Assembly: GCA_977030845.1 (NCBI GenBank)
Contig: OZ365110.1
Location: 20,088,001-20,152,000, forward strand
Length of the DNA stretch: 64,000 nucleotides
Direction: 5' to 3'
From: Fimbriosthenelais zetlandica
Lineage: Eukaryota
Each line of letters starts with the position of its first letter. Within the stretch, counting starts at the first letter, position 1. Below the pieces are notes generated by a model that saw only the letters and a program-made list of their open reading frames with translations, made no database searches and was not told the DNA's origin. This document shows, piece after piece, positions 1 to 12,984 of the stretch. Made by a program: the position numbers and the translations under genes.

Positions 1-683
1 GACATTTCCAATATATATGTCCAGATAAGCTGTGTGCGGTTTCTTAAGTAGAATGATTTGACTGGTTAGCCTCAACTAGTGGCATTTGCCCTTCTTTTCT
101 CTGGCTTTTCATATTATGGCACAGAATATGAGAGCTAAGGATGATGAACAGCTTGGTGATGCATTGCCACACTGGTGAATGACTCTTTGGATTTCCTGAG
201 CTTTTCGTCCTGAATACTCTACTCCAATGCCAAAGTCTATACTGCCAATACTGATGTATAGGTAATTCATGTTTTGAGGTTTTTTAATTCACATTTTCTA
301 TTTTTCTTGGTAAAATTATATGGACCCCTACGTGTATAGTGTTGTATATAGATGGGTCCGCAATAGATCATTCATTCATTTATACAAATTCATAAAAATT
401 AATAATGAAGGGGTACATATATTTAGAGAAAATCACTTCCTTTTCACAGCCTTCCAAGTTGGCATCCGCCGTACCACACTATCCAATTAGGGATACATGG
501 TGGACTGAATAGTAGTCTAGCAGCCATCCGTCTGAAGATTGTTTTCTTCGACTTGTTCCAAAGCCAGTGCAATCTTTCTACCTTTGGCTTTAAGATAACT
601 GATTACTCATTGCCATTGAAGGGACTGGGATGTTAGCACAGTATGATGACTGCCAGATTTCCTATAGTTCCTCTTCAGCTTCA

Positions 684-752
684 AAGGGAGAGAGAGAGAG
701 AGGAGGGAGAGAGAGAGGAGGGAGAGAATGTGTGGGTGGGGGAGGGAGAGAG
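684..752. repeat. GA/G-rich low-complexity purine tract
   Basis: gggagagagagagagaggagggagagagagaggagggagagaatgtgtgggtgggggagggagagag; explains the GERERGGRERGG shadow ORF at 630-854. Confidence 0.85.
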
Positions 753-3700
753 ATGTGGGAGTTGAGAGCTGATCTCGGTTTCACTGATCTCATTGTCAGA
801 TGCCCTGAATGGATGGCTCCCACAACACACCTGCTAATAACTAGGCTTGATTAATCGGATCTAGCTGGGGTCGAATCTATACTTCCATATTTTAGAGTTC
901 CACTAAGCAAAGGTCAGCCTTTTAGGATTGATTGAATCTTTGGAATTTTTCCTTTGTAATCTCACAAATCCAGTGTCTAAATCCGTGTGACAACACAGGA
1001 TTTAGTCGACTTTACCTTATTGTACAAGGATGGATGAACTGTTGATAAACCTTTGCATGTCAGTAGGAAAATGGCTTCACAAAATATGATATTACTTGTT
1101 TTTCATAGATAATGGATACAATCACGCATACCATTTTCATAATAAAAAGGTCTATTTTGACCCCATTTATTGACCAATTTCGAATGATTATAAGGAATCG
1201 TTTCTTGATTTCAACATATATTAATGGACCTTCTGCACATGGCTGTCTGTTACCTCATTTCCCATGTCTGCAACATTATCAGTAATGAACCCGATCGCTC
1301 CTGATTTTATCCAATTTTCTCCATGATCCCTTTATATGGCCAGGTAACTCCAGCGAGAAAGCGGGAAATTCCTTTTTATTTGTCCATACATATTTCATTT
1401 TACAGTCTTGGTGCCGCCCCTGTGTTGTGGTCCATGCATATAAACCAACGCTTGTTTCGGCGAGAATATATACCCTGGATGAATTTCCTGCACTGAACGA
1501 TGTAAAATACGGCCTCTGGGTACCATGAAACTGACCTTTCACTGTATAGCACACCCCTAAAGCCCAGGGCTTAAAACCTGGAAATGACCTTCCCTGGGAT
1601 TAAGCCAATGTCACCACTCGAGTATATCACGCCAATAACGAAATATCCTCTATGCTGACTCAATAATGTATGACCTCTCTTTGCAGGTCAATATGCCTTG
1701 ATTGCAGGACTTTGATCTATAAGCATAATTATTGCCCCCATGTGTATGCAAAAGTTTTGCCCTTTTACAGTAAATTCCCATGCTCTCCATTCAGAGCCAT
1801 TAACTGCAGCATGGGTGTTATATATACCTTCCTGCTCCGACCATTTAAAGGAGAAACCCCCTTTGGAGTTAGGCAAGCAATCAACTTGCCTGCCCACCAA
1901 GGGAGTATGCCATGTCGCAACATCTGTACTTTGATTGGGAAAATAAACCAAGAAGATTAGGAATTTTGATATACAATCCCCTGAAAGTTGCTTCCTGTTA
2001 CATCGATCTTGTAGAACACATACATTCTGCGTCCTCTCTACTCAGCCCCTCATTCTACTCAGGTTAGCCGTCTTAACTTCATTCTGGGGGAATGGGTCCC
2101 ATCACACACAGAAATTGGAGAAGCAGGGTTCGCAAGCCATCGTTAATGGTCAACAAGATGCTATGCTATTGGTTATAGTCGATGGTCTATGGGAGATCAT
2201 TGTCCTACAAAGTACTACACCGTTAACCATTAAGATGCAGTGCTTGGGAAACACATGTTTTAACACATGGTATTGTCATTGCATAAGTCATTGCACAAAG
2301 GCAGGTTTGCATAACATGGTTTAAGGTAACAAATCTACAATTTCTCTCTTCTTACTTAATATTATTTATATAGAAAACAATTGCTTCAATCGTTAATTCC
2401 ACGTATGTAATGAAAGAATCATTTGACAGTGCCAAAGCCAGTTTAGTGGTCTTTTAGTACCATTCAAAATGTCGGTATTTGGTCTTCCATAGTAAATGAG
2501 CTGGAACACTGGTTCTGATATTTACCTATGACACAATCTTATTATGGAAGGAATTTACAGAAGAAACGTTTGCTAAACTAATCTCCAGGCAGTGAAGGGG
2601 CAAGAGGAAGAACCACTAAACACTTGAGAAAAAAACTATCCGCAGCCTGCTTTTGTCTGAAAGATTATCTTATTCAAGACCTCCTTCGAAAATTCAATCT
2701 TCAGGCTTTCTGTTGGCGCATTCCTTTTCAAATTCTCGTTTTTGGTGAGATAATGAAAATCTTCCAACTGATGGATAATAATTGCACAAAACATTCACCA
2801 CTGCTCTGGCTTCAGATCGCTTGATGTTGGCAGGAAAATGTAAGAGCCAAACAGAAGCCTGGTCCCATCTGCAGTGAATTTAAAAACATATATCTGCTCT
2901 TTCCAGAGAAAAGGACAGATTCTGGATTATATAATGTAATTTTTAATTGGAAATCGACAACGAGTTAGATTTTGGAATTCTTTCTGCACAGATACATGGC
3001 TGTACGTTGGCACGGAATGGGATGTGCAGGCAGACCATTGTTGTTGCACCAACGAAAATAGATCAGCATTCAGAAGATCTGGTCGCATCATTCAGAATCG
3101 TTTAACTGTAATAAATCTTCGTTTTGTTCGACAAAATTAAATAAAAGTGTTATCTTCAACCATAATTTGAGATGTGGGAATGCCGTCAAACTGACATTAT
3201 TGGCAGCAACACAGGACCTAGCATAATAAAGAGATTCAGAGAAGGGGAATGTGATGGAAGGAAGAAAACTTATGAAATTAAATTCCACTGATTCCTTTCG
3301 GGTGAACTGATTCCAATCCATATTTCTCACGCCTGTTTTTGGAGGGTTTTGCCTCAAACTGGGTTTTGCGCTTGGCCATGTCTGCCACAATTCCTTTGAG
3401 TCTGTGATTTCATAACTTGGTTTCTTTACATGAGAATTCTTTGTAATAGACATGTTCACAAGGGATTGTCATGACATCATGGAATGATAACAGACGAAAA
3501 TTAGGTGTCTTGTGAAAATGAGCTGATTGTTATCCCGGGAAGTATGAATAAATTCAGAACCGAATCATTTACATGTAATAATTAATCAAATAGTATTTAA
3601 GAAAACAAAATCAATCTTTTCATAACATCATTAAATTTTCAAGATTGATTATACACAGGAGGTAGATGCGTGTAAATGATGGAGTGATTCGTTAAATAGT

Positions 3701-5011
3701 GGGACCTCTTCCAAGGCGACGAACAATTAACCCAATGGGAATGGCCATGGGATTGACAGTTGGTTTCCAGCCATCATCCTTTCTTTAAGTGTGCCCTTTA
3801 AATTAACCATGGTCTATTTGTGAGGGATAGCTTGGAGGTGAGAGAGGATGGGAATGGTTTCACTTGTGAGATACTATAATGAATCCTAATCAGGGAAGGG
3901 GCAGTCCTGGAATAAGGTAAATAACAGGGTTTCGCACTCGCCTCCTTCAGGGTCACCGTATGCGGTGTATGGGGAGTTTGCGAATTGCATGTACCATTGC
4001 CAAACTGATGGTGCTGCTTGAAGTAGTCAATGCTGCCACCAGCACCACTGGAACCACCTCCTACCACCACTATTAGCATCGCCATCACCACCACTCCCAC
4101 CATCACAAATGGCAAGCATGCTCTTCCAACGAGAAGCATCAAACAAGGCTATTCACTGAGGCGCCTCTACCAACCAACGTTTCTATCAATACCATAACTA
4201 TTCGTTGGCGCTGGTTACACAGGGATCTGCAGGAGAAATATTGAAGATTTCATCCACTGGATTTCAAATTTTAAAGCTTTCCAATTGGAAAGAAAAATCA
4301 AAGAATATATCCCGAGGGCTGCAAAGCTATCTTGGTTCTGTTGACACTGTGAGGTAAAGATAAATCTGAAGAAGGGGAATGGAGCTATTTTGAGCATAGC
4401 TTCTGGATGTGTGACAACAGTTCGTTATATATGCATTTAACACCCCACTTCACTGGAACACAAACCCAACATTCCTTCATCGATTTTAGTAGGTTGAAGT
4501 GATACCAAGATTCTAAAAGGGACCAGTAAATCATTGTATCTATGCATTTAACCTTAGATGCATTAAACGATTACATCTGGATCTGGCTTCAATTTGTTGG
4601 ACTTCGGCATTACAAGGAGCAATTGGTTTCTGGGATGAAAGTACTTTTCTTATCACAGTTATCTTGGATAATACTTACTGCAATTAATTGAGATCCGATA
4701 ATTTGGTTCATAATCTACCTATTTGACTGATTATTCCTGATCACATTGACTGTATGATCGAGCGATCTCAAGATAAATTACAGACCTTGTGAGAAGACTG
4801 TAACATGTACTAACCTAGAGTTGCTCATTCAAGAGTTGCTCTACACCCTGATAGGACCAGTTAGCAGAGTCTAATATACCCCTTATGCCCTGCATAATTA
4901 CTGATGACTGGAATATAAGACTCGCCTTTGGTCAATAAGGGAACGCCACTTGCAGATTCTATTTGACTGCCATCTGCATAAAAGCTTTGCCCTTGGGCAC
5001 ATAAAGACAAC

Positions 5012-5090
5012 ATGTTTGCTTTGTCCAGAAGGTTTTCTAGGAAATTTTCCAAAACGTTTAGTACTTTCATACATAAACCTATCGAAGGAG
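5012..5090 (+). CDS. KCNIP: Candidate KChIP first coding exon 1a (MFALSRRFSRKFSKTFSTFIHKPIEG)
   Basis: ATG at 5012 is the first ATG after an in-frame TAA (4979-4981). The 79 nt end in phase 1 at the strong donor GAG|GTATGT, which matches the phase-1 acceptor at 12985 and gives ...[15 protein letters not shown]. Confidence 0.65.
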
Positions 5091-5744
5091 GTATGTATCT
5101 CTATTTCTAATATATTTTGTATGGTGCATGTCAATGTATTTCGATAGAACACCCAAACAGCGTACACTTTCAATGTTCAAAGAATTACTAAATTCCGATC
5201 ACAAAAAATCCCTCAATGCGTTGGCTAAAGAGATTCATCGATCGTTAAAATCATTTTTCCAATTATAAATCCATTCACAAAGGAATGATTGTGCGAAAAA
5301 ACATGAGGCAAACAGTAGATCAATGATGAATCGGTCCTGATTAGCACAATCATTATATGGGGCTTTAGAGATTATCATATACATTCATTTGCGAAGGGGG
5401 AAACCCTTATACTGATAAAATAGGCATCTTTAATATGCATTGACTCGTGAAAAAAATGTAAAGTCGATCTAACAGCATAGAATTATATTGACGCACCATA
5501 TTCAAGCTACTAAATTAATGTGTTTCGAAATACGTCATTACTAACCCGTGAAGCAAGCCTTGTTTCATTTCCCTCAAGCGCATTCCCGTTTCTTATACTT
5601 AATTACCTCGACTGCGGTCTACACGAATATTAATGAGTTAATTAATGGCATCCACAAAATTAAATGCCCCATCAAATATATATTGATTTAACGCTCTCGG
5701 GAGGATCAATGTTCATCTTTTGTTTGGGTGTGTGTGAGATCGGT

Positions 5745-5754
5745 CCATATTTGG
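5745..5754. promoter_or_regulatory. CArG box (SRF-type site)
   Basis: CCATATTTGG fits CC(A/T)6GG; it lies next to a TAAT-rich block at 5620-5690. Confidence 0.3.
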
Positions 5755-8700
5755 AATCATTATGGAGCTATTAAAGCAAGGTGTTTTATGGTCTGTGCTC
5801 ACCTCCAGGGTGGGCCTGCACCAAGCTCCCCTTTGAAAAGATTCTTCCTTCCCTTGAATAATTCAAGACTAGTCTGGAAGTATGTGTTATTCGCTTTTGC
5901 ATGAATGGTTTCGTGTACTTCCCTTGATGATAAACCCGGACTCGTACCACAGAATATATAATGCCAAAAAAATTATGACTTAAAAAGAATTCATTACTTT
6001 GTGTTGTTGTCGTTGTCATGGTTGCACCAATGATATTCCATTATCTGAAAACATCTCTTTGATTATCCCATCCTCTTTTTTTTTCTTAAGCCCCATGCCC
6101 ACTCAACTGTTTTCCTGTCCTACGCCTGTCAATTGGCCATGAACAATTGACAGGCCGACCGCTCAGTGGACATGGGACTCTATGCTTAACAACCTAAAAA
6201 CCAAAGAAACTTGGGACCCATCTCGAAAAAAAATGTTCCGTTAGTCCGTTGACAAAAATGGTTTTCAGCTGTGTCCAACCATTGAATTAATGGCAGCCAC
6301 TGGATTTTCTGGTGCTAGTTGAGAACGATGCATGATTGCTTGGGAGGAGAAGCTTGTCCTTGAGTAATCAGCTCTTCCACCGTTTCTCTCCGCTGGGAAG
6401 CCCGGCATGCAGTGTTTTAAGACAGACCAAGGCTGTACGCATTTAGTCTTATTTTGGGACTGCACTCAATTCTTCCCTGAGGTACAGACACTCATCTAAC
6501 ATTCTTCAAATGCAGAACCTTCGTGACAGCATGCCATATGTTGTCTACCAATAAAAATGCTCCCTTGCGTTTTAGATGTTGACAAGTGTTCAGTCTTGTT
6601 GCATATACTAGGAAGGTTGTGAGTATTATCTTTTGCTTTGCCAAATATGCTGAAGGGTCTGATGCTCGTAAAAAACATGATTTACACCTTCAAGACCTCA
6701 TTGTTGGTGGCTTCACTGCTCCCTAGAAATTCCTGATGAAATTGAATGCAACCATCCGGACCATGCATACTTGAGGGAGAGTTAGCCTCTTCAGATAGGA
6801 CTAAATAAATTGAAAAAAAATAATCTTGCTCTTCAAATGCATCACCGAGCAGTTCAGGAGCCCATTTCAAAACAAAGATTAGCCATAGACTTAGCATCGC
6901 TAATTTTTCTTTTGAAATAAGATTCACAGAATGTATACATATCCCATCACTCGGTTGTGCTTTACTTCAACTAATTTATTGCTAAATTGTTCTAAATCTG
7001 CAATCCAGCTGTTGCTACCACTTAACTGCCAACATGTGCCTAATACCTGGAATTGTTCTATGGAAGTTAGTTTGAGTCCTATATACAATTACCTGGCTAT
7101 TACAAACCATTATCTAATGTACTGTTCTACACCATACAGAACTCGTCTGAGAAGCGAATGGGGTATATAACTGTATAGTGCGAGGTATTTATTACACAAC
7201 CTGGCATACTCAGAGAAGGAGTCATTACAGTTATATCATGGCTTCGATTCTCTATAGAACTGAGTTATATAAACCATGTACATTATAGAGTACATGTATG
7301 TGGTCCAAGAGGCAGAGGTTCATTGTTTGACTATAAAGTGTATGGGCTTTATACGCAGTACTCTCTCAGGTTCATAATTTACCCCTGTCCATGAGGCATG
7401 GGAACATTAATTCCAGCCCTCTGGCCTTCCCAACTGTGTGCTTTCCATTATAATGGCATCTGACAGTGATTAGACAATACACTAACTTACCTAAATCACT
7501 GATTAAAATCCCATATCAACACCTATTGTATACGTCACATAATCATTAATTTAACCCGTTTCATGAAACCCGATCATCCTATGAAACGGGCCCCAAACTG
7601 AATGGGATAAGCCCTCGCTGGTAGTGAGTAGACCTACAGCGGATAACTTCCAAAAACTGATCCTATAGCCCCTTAATAAATCACTTCACTCCATTCAGAG
7701 TATACAATCAATTTTTCTTTACCTTCCACATTTTAATTCACTTCTTAGTAATATTCTTTGTTGAATATTTTATGCATTCGCGCCATTAGTCATTAGCTGT
7801 GGGCAATATATTGGAGCATACACGTCCCTGGTTCCCATTCATGCGCCTGATTCACGATGGCCAACCTGACATAGCTAAAATTGCAGGCTAATTAAAGGCA
7901 TCCGTCCTAAAGCCCGAGAGTCTATCCATCAAAATTTGATTCCGTTACATCAATATTAAAAGCTTGCTTTTTTGTCCAACCGACTGGTTTGGTTGTTCAT
8001 GATCATAGAGCTGTTTACCTGTTTAAACATTGAAATATGGATGGTGATAAAGTTTCTGTTTGAAAAGCCAATTCTCCAATAATACACATGGTTAATTACC
8101 CCTAAAGCAATTTTAATTGATAATATTACTGATCAGCATGAAGATTTCATACCCTAACATTTTGAATTTAAATGAACTTTGTGAGAGGATGTTGAAAATT
8201 TAAATAATAATTTAAAATTTTCACATTCCTATGGTTGATACAATTCATACAAATAGTGTATAAGAGATTGGGAACCCTGAGTTTTGGGTGCAGAAGTGCC
8301 TGTGCCGACTAGGCGGAAAATCTATACTTTGATCCCTCTTTCCCTAGGGATCCGCTGGGGCAGCGGAGAAAGCCTTAAATCAGAGACAGCACATCGACCC
8401 TGTACACATTACAAGAAGGTATCCATACACTCCACGGTTCGGTGGTTATCCTTGTCGTTATGAGAACAACCAAACTGTGAAAACCCATTTATGTACTCAG
8501 CATTATAAAGTGAGTCATTCAGCCAAACACATTGGATTGGTGATTTTCTAGTACCAAAGGGAACATGGTGCTGCTCAGAACGTCAATATCATGTGATGCT
8601 AGGTTAATCACCTTCTGAATGCTGAACGAAGAGCTTGATTCAAGTCTTACGTGCCCTTTATACCCGTTGTCAATATTTGGGTTTTGTGATGCGTCTTTAA

Positions 8701-9050
8701 ATCTATATCAATATTTTTGCGTTTCTGTCTTAGAGCAAGGCTGCCAGTGAATGATATTGGGTATGATTCAAGTCTTCAGATGTAGGATCACAAACTGTGT
8801 CTGACCTTTCATTCACACACATGTTTTGACATGTGTGGCCGGACACTGCAGACAAGACCATGTCAGATGCAGAGGACTCAATGGAGCTGCTTATAAATCC
8901 GATCTGATTACCAGAGGGCAAGTTGTGGATCAGGTCTGAATGCTGGGTAAGCCATGGAAAAGCGTAATGTCACAGAACTGCCTGACCAGCATCTAAAGCA
9001 GAATTACATTGTTGATTGCATACCAGCACTTATATGGAAAATACAGGCGT

Positions 9051-9123
9051 ATGACTTTCAACTGTGTACAAACCTGTGTACAAACCTCTCAAAAAATCAT
9101 CAAGTGTAGAAAAGTGTCAGAGG
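9051..9123 (+). CDS. KCNIP: Candidate KChIP alternative first coding exon 1b (MTFNCVQTCVQTSQKIIKCRKVSE)
   Basis: ATG at 9051 follows an in-frame TAA (8994-8996). The 73 nt end in phase 1 at GAGG|GTAAGG and join the 12985 exon in frame. Confidence 0.55.
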
Positions 9124-12100
9124 GTAAGGCCTGTTAGATCTATGATTTTCTACTCCTTTCCAACTTCTTTCCTACACTTGACGATTGCCACTAGTATGGT
9201 GTTAACGTGTGTCCCCTTCTGTCTCAGTAGCAGAGTGTCTGGCTCTAGTCCGGAAGACTCTTAAATCCGACTTAGAAAAAATAGAAACCTCCCACTCTGA
9301 TCTATAAAAAATAAAGCCCTCCCAATTTTCCTTCTCTACCGTCTCTTCACTATTCCTTCACTATATAGAGTTCGCCTCGCACAATGCGGAGGAATGGGGA
9401 CGGATCACCAAATGTAGGATAAATATGATGGGACACTCTATCAAAGGCTTGGTGGCAAAGAAAATTAATTGAGCTTTTGAAGTATTGTATCTATCTTCCC
9501 TTTGAAGTTATAAAAGCTGGATGAAAGCTTACTCATCGAGTTCAGCTATTGGGTGTAGTACTTGCGATCATGTCATGAACTAATGATGAAATGACATCAC
9601 ATTTAGTAACAGGATATCCATGTTCAGGCTGTCCCTCAATGCCTGTATGTATATATAACAGCTCGCGTGTGCCAGTATTGATGTATCCAGGCTAGGGTGC
9701 AACTGTTTTAAATGAAAGTAGCTGTGAATGATGGCACAGCTTTGTTCCGTTAATCCATAGCCCTTGGGGAATTCAATGATCCTACTCAATGCCATGTGTT
9801 ATTGCAAATTCCTCCCCTTTCGATATTCTACGAAGACTGGCAATTGGAGTGATTTATCTTAAACAATATCTCAAAAGCACCTATTCATTAGGTACTTTGA
9901 AAGCCCAATATTCTGCGTTGGCACTGAGCAACCCAGTAGACATCAGTAGTAAATTTATCCCCCTTTGAGGGATGAAATGGGGGATTATCCCTCCCAGAGT
10001 CACCCATCTGCTCATAAATTCTGTTCAATGTTTCATTAGTCTCGATAATACTGAATAAATCAGTGAAACCGGCAATTTTGCACACATATCTTTTGGGTTG
10101 CTCAGTATTGATCTTACCCAGGGGGAAAATTGTATGACACATGGGCCCAGTTTGCTTATTCAACGAGGATACTAGTAAACATACTTTGAAATCAGGGGCT
10201 TGTTTCAAAACAACAAAGGCTATATCTTCCAATGTGTAGGCCTACAATTGAGTATTTTATGAAATGTGCCCTGGGGCAGATAGCCCTTGAAGCGTACACA
10301 TGTACCATTTCATACCACCTGCTAACACCCTATTTACTGTTACATGGGTATCTTGGGATTTCTCGTGGGCATTGCCAACAAGCATGTACCCATGACTTGC
10401 ATTTGGGAGCAGTTCCATTGCAGGAAAGCTTACCAAAGCAGACCTTTATGAGGTCATTGGTGCTATAAAAGATTTGACAGCCGAGGTCAGGGCTGTTTAA
10501 ATGGGATAACAGCAAGGGACAAGGACAGGGTGTACAAGATACAAGATGAACTCTTTATAGCATATTGACTGTCACTTGTGATGTTCTAGCCATTTTTAGC
10601 TATGCCTCCCGGTGTCTCGCTCATGTAGGGTTTCATATAGATCTATATATGGACATATTGACCGCCTCACGGAGCTGAACCGTACGTATCTAGTTTTCAC
10701 GTATGATATACCCAAGGGCATGCTTTCTCAAGATAGTCTAAAAGGATGTGTGCTACTCACTTGGAAATATATTGCAACTCATAGTAATATTCAGTCATCG
10801 ACTGGAACCTGGCAATGTGATTGCTGATATCTTGGACAGCTATTCCCAGGCAAGGCAGGTGCAATGGCGTGTATGCAGCAATGTCACTGATTGCCTTGTT
10901 CACATATTTTGACCATTTTCTGTGCTATTTCATGACCTAATCTGGAGCAGATGGTTGTGTCTGTCAATCTACAGAAGAAACCATAAAACAATGAGTAATG
11001 ATGATATTGATGGGGAATCGGTTCCCATGGCAATGAGTACTGGTAATACTTTCTTTGCTCTGTTTGATTGGCCTCTTTTACAATAGGTGATGAAGACTTG
11101 ATAGCTGGGCTTATCAATCCAGACGGACTCTTATCAAGATCTGTCCATACTAGAACTTTGCTTATCTGGATCCCAGTAGACAGATTAATGGCTTATCTGT
11201 ATTTTTCTCCATGGTAATCATCATTTGAGCTGGCTGATACAGTGGTATTGCCTTTCACCTTGAAGGACTCTCAATCAGTCTATAATCGTGAGGTATGCAC
11301 GGATAATCGAGCTTCCTCCACATTTTCTCCAAGAGTATCGATTATAATCAAGTTTAGATAGTATCATATTATTCTGGCAAAAATGGCTTCAATCAAACCA
11401 GAATTATATAATCTTCAATAAAGGTCATTGAAAAATGTTGAAAATTGACAGCTTTCTTATGACGAGATCCAATTTTTAAAATCATGGCTGGCATCCCAAG
11501 CTTGGTGCCTGAAGCAAGGTGGGTGGTAAACAATCCTGGTCTGCCTAAGCTGATCATGGCATGCATGACTCCAGGGCTCGTTTTGACTAAATTCTTTTCA
11601 GGTTTTTATAAAAGAGGCATATATAATTATCCTCTCGCTTAAATTGGTTGTCTAGTTTCAGCGTAAACATTCCTGAAATGAGGATATAGGCAGTAAAGTA
11701 ACCTTTGCTGGACTTGTTTGGCCTATGATTTTACACATGAACGTAGCATCTCCATAATTATTAACAGTAAAATAATAATGATCTCAGATTGCATCATTTT
11801 AGATGTTCTAATAATTATATAAGATGGTCTAAATCTTATTAAACATTATAGAACTGAAATCATTAGTAACTTCATAACGACTTTGATACGGGCAAAAAGT
11901 GTCATGCTCAAAAACTCATTAGTTCTGTTATTTTAATTTCACAATATTCTTCATCAAACCCCTCATTAATAATGATATTGCATCATATCCTAATTGGAAC
12001 TAACTGGAGCCAAACTTTCTGTCCTCTCAGCTGCATCATGTTTAACTGCATGGTACACATGTATATGCCTTTCAGATTAGCAAATTCTATACTGTCGACA

Positions 12101-12984
12101 AACTCATTTGTTTCTGTTTCCTCTTAATGGCAAGTTGAACCTTTCTGTCTATAGATCTATGTTTTGGCCGTGTGGTCCACACAAACATCACACTTGATGT
12201 GAGTATGTGACCGGATTGTCCCTGCATTATCTTCTACAGGCATCTCAGGTGAAAATCGATGTAGTAAATGCAGTGAGGGGGAGCTACAATCAGACATAGA
12301 TCAAGAATGATTTCCTCACTAAACTCCCTGGGGGCACGTTTCAACGGGGAATGTGGTGTTAAAGGAGAGAGCCTTAAGAAAATGGACGGTTATGAGACCA
12401 CCTAGCTATGGGTCAGAGAGATTGGGATGTTCTCTTTGATCAAACAATGCATTACCCCGGCGCTTCTCCTTGCCCACCAATTGCCAGGAGTCCGAGCTTT
12501 CAAAGATTAATTTTCCTAAAAATGATATACAATAGTCATTGCTTAAGGAAGTGTGCGCCCCTGAAGCTCTCATGCCGTTTTCCATGTGAGATAGATGGTC
12601 CTATGTATGCGTGATAGATTCTTCCCATAAATTTACTCTCAAGGTTAGCTACCATACAAGAAACCTTGGCATAATTACACGAACAGTTCCAAATGACCCA
12701 TCGAATTCCGTCCTTGGTGAATAATTATATCACATAATGTGGCAACATCTGTGTATTTCAAGTACATCTCTTTATTATGAACCTTCTCAGTCCTCAGAAT
12801 AATTTTCATTCTGGCAGCATTCTGTCGAATCCATCGAATCCGTTTGCCTTTTAACTTTTTGAAAATTGAGAATGAGCAATTAACACCAAAAGTTAGGTAA
12901 TGAACATTCCCCGAAGTTAATTTGCAGTTTGATTGCTCTTGATTGAGGCACGTGCTTTATATTGTCTATCTCTTGTCTTTTCAG

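Noticed and set aside
8940-8946. Minimal KChIP start exon ATG CTG G|GTAAGC
   Set aside because: The phase fits, but two codons give no independent support; exons 1a and 1b are better candidates.
1279-12614. Short ORFs in the KChIP upstream region and first intron (e.g. 3088-3459, 3798-4142, 9888-10232)
   Set aside because: No recognisable domains, RT/transposase motifs or supporting splice sites; lengths fit chance.
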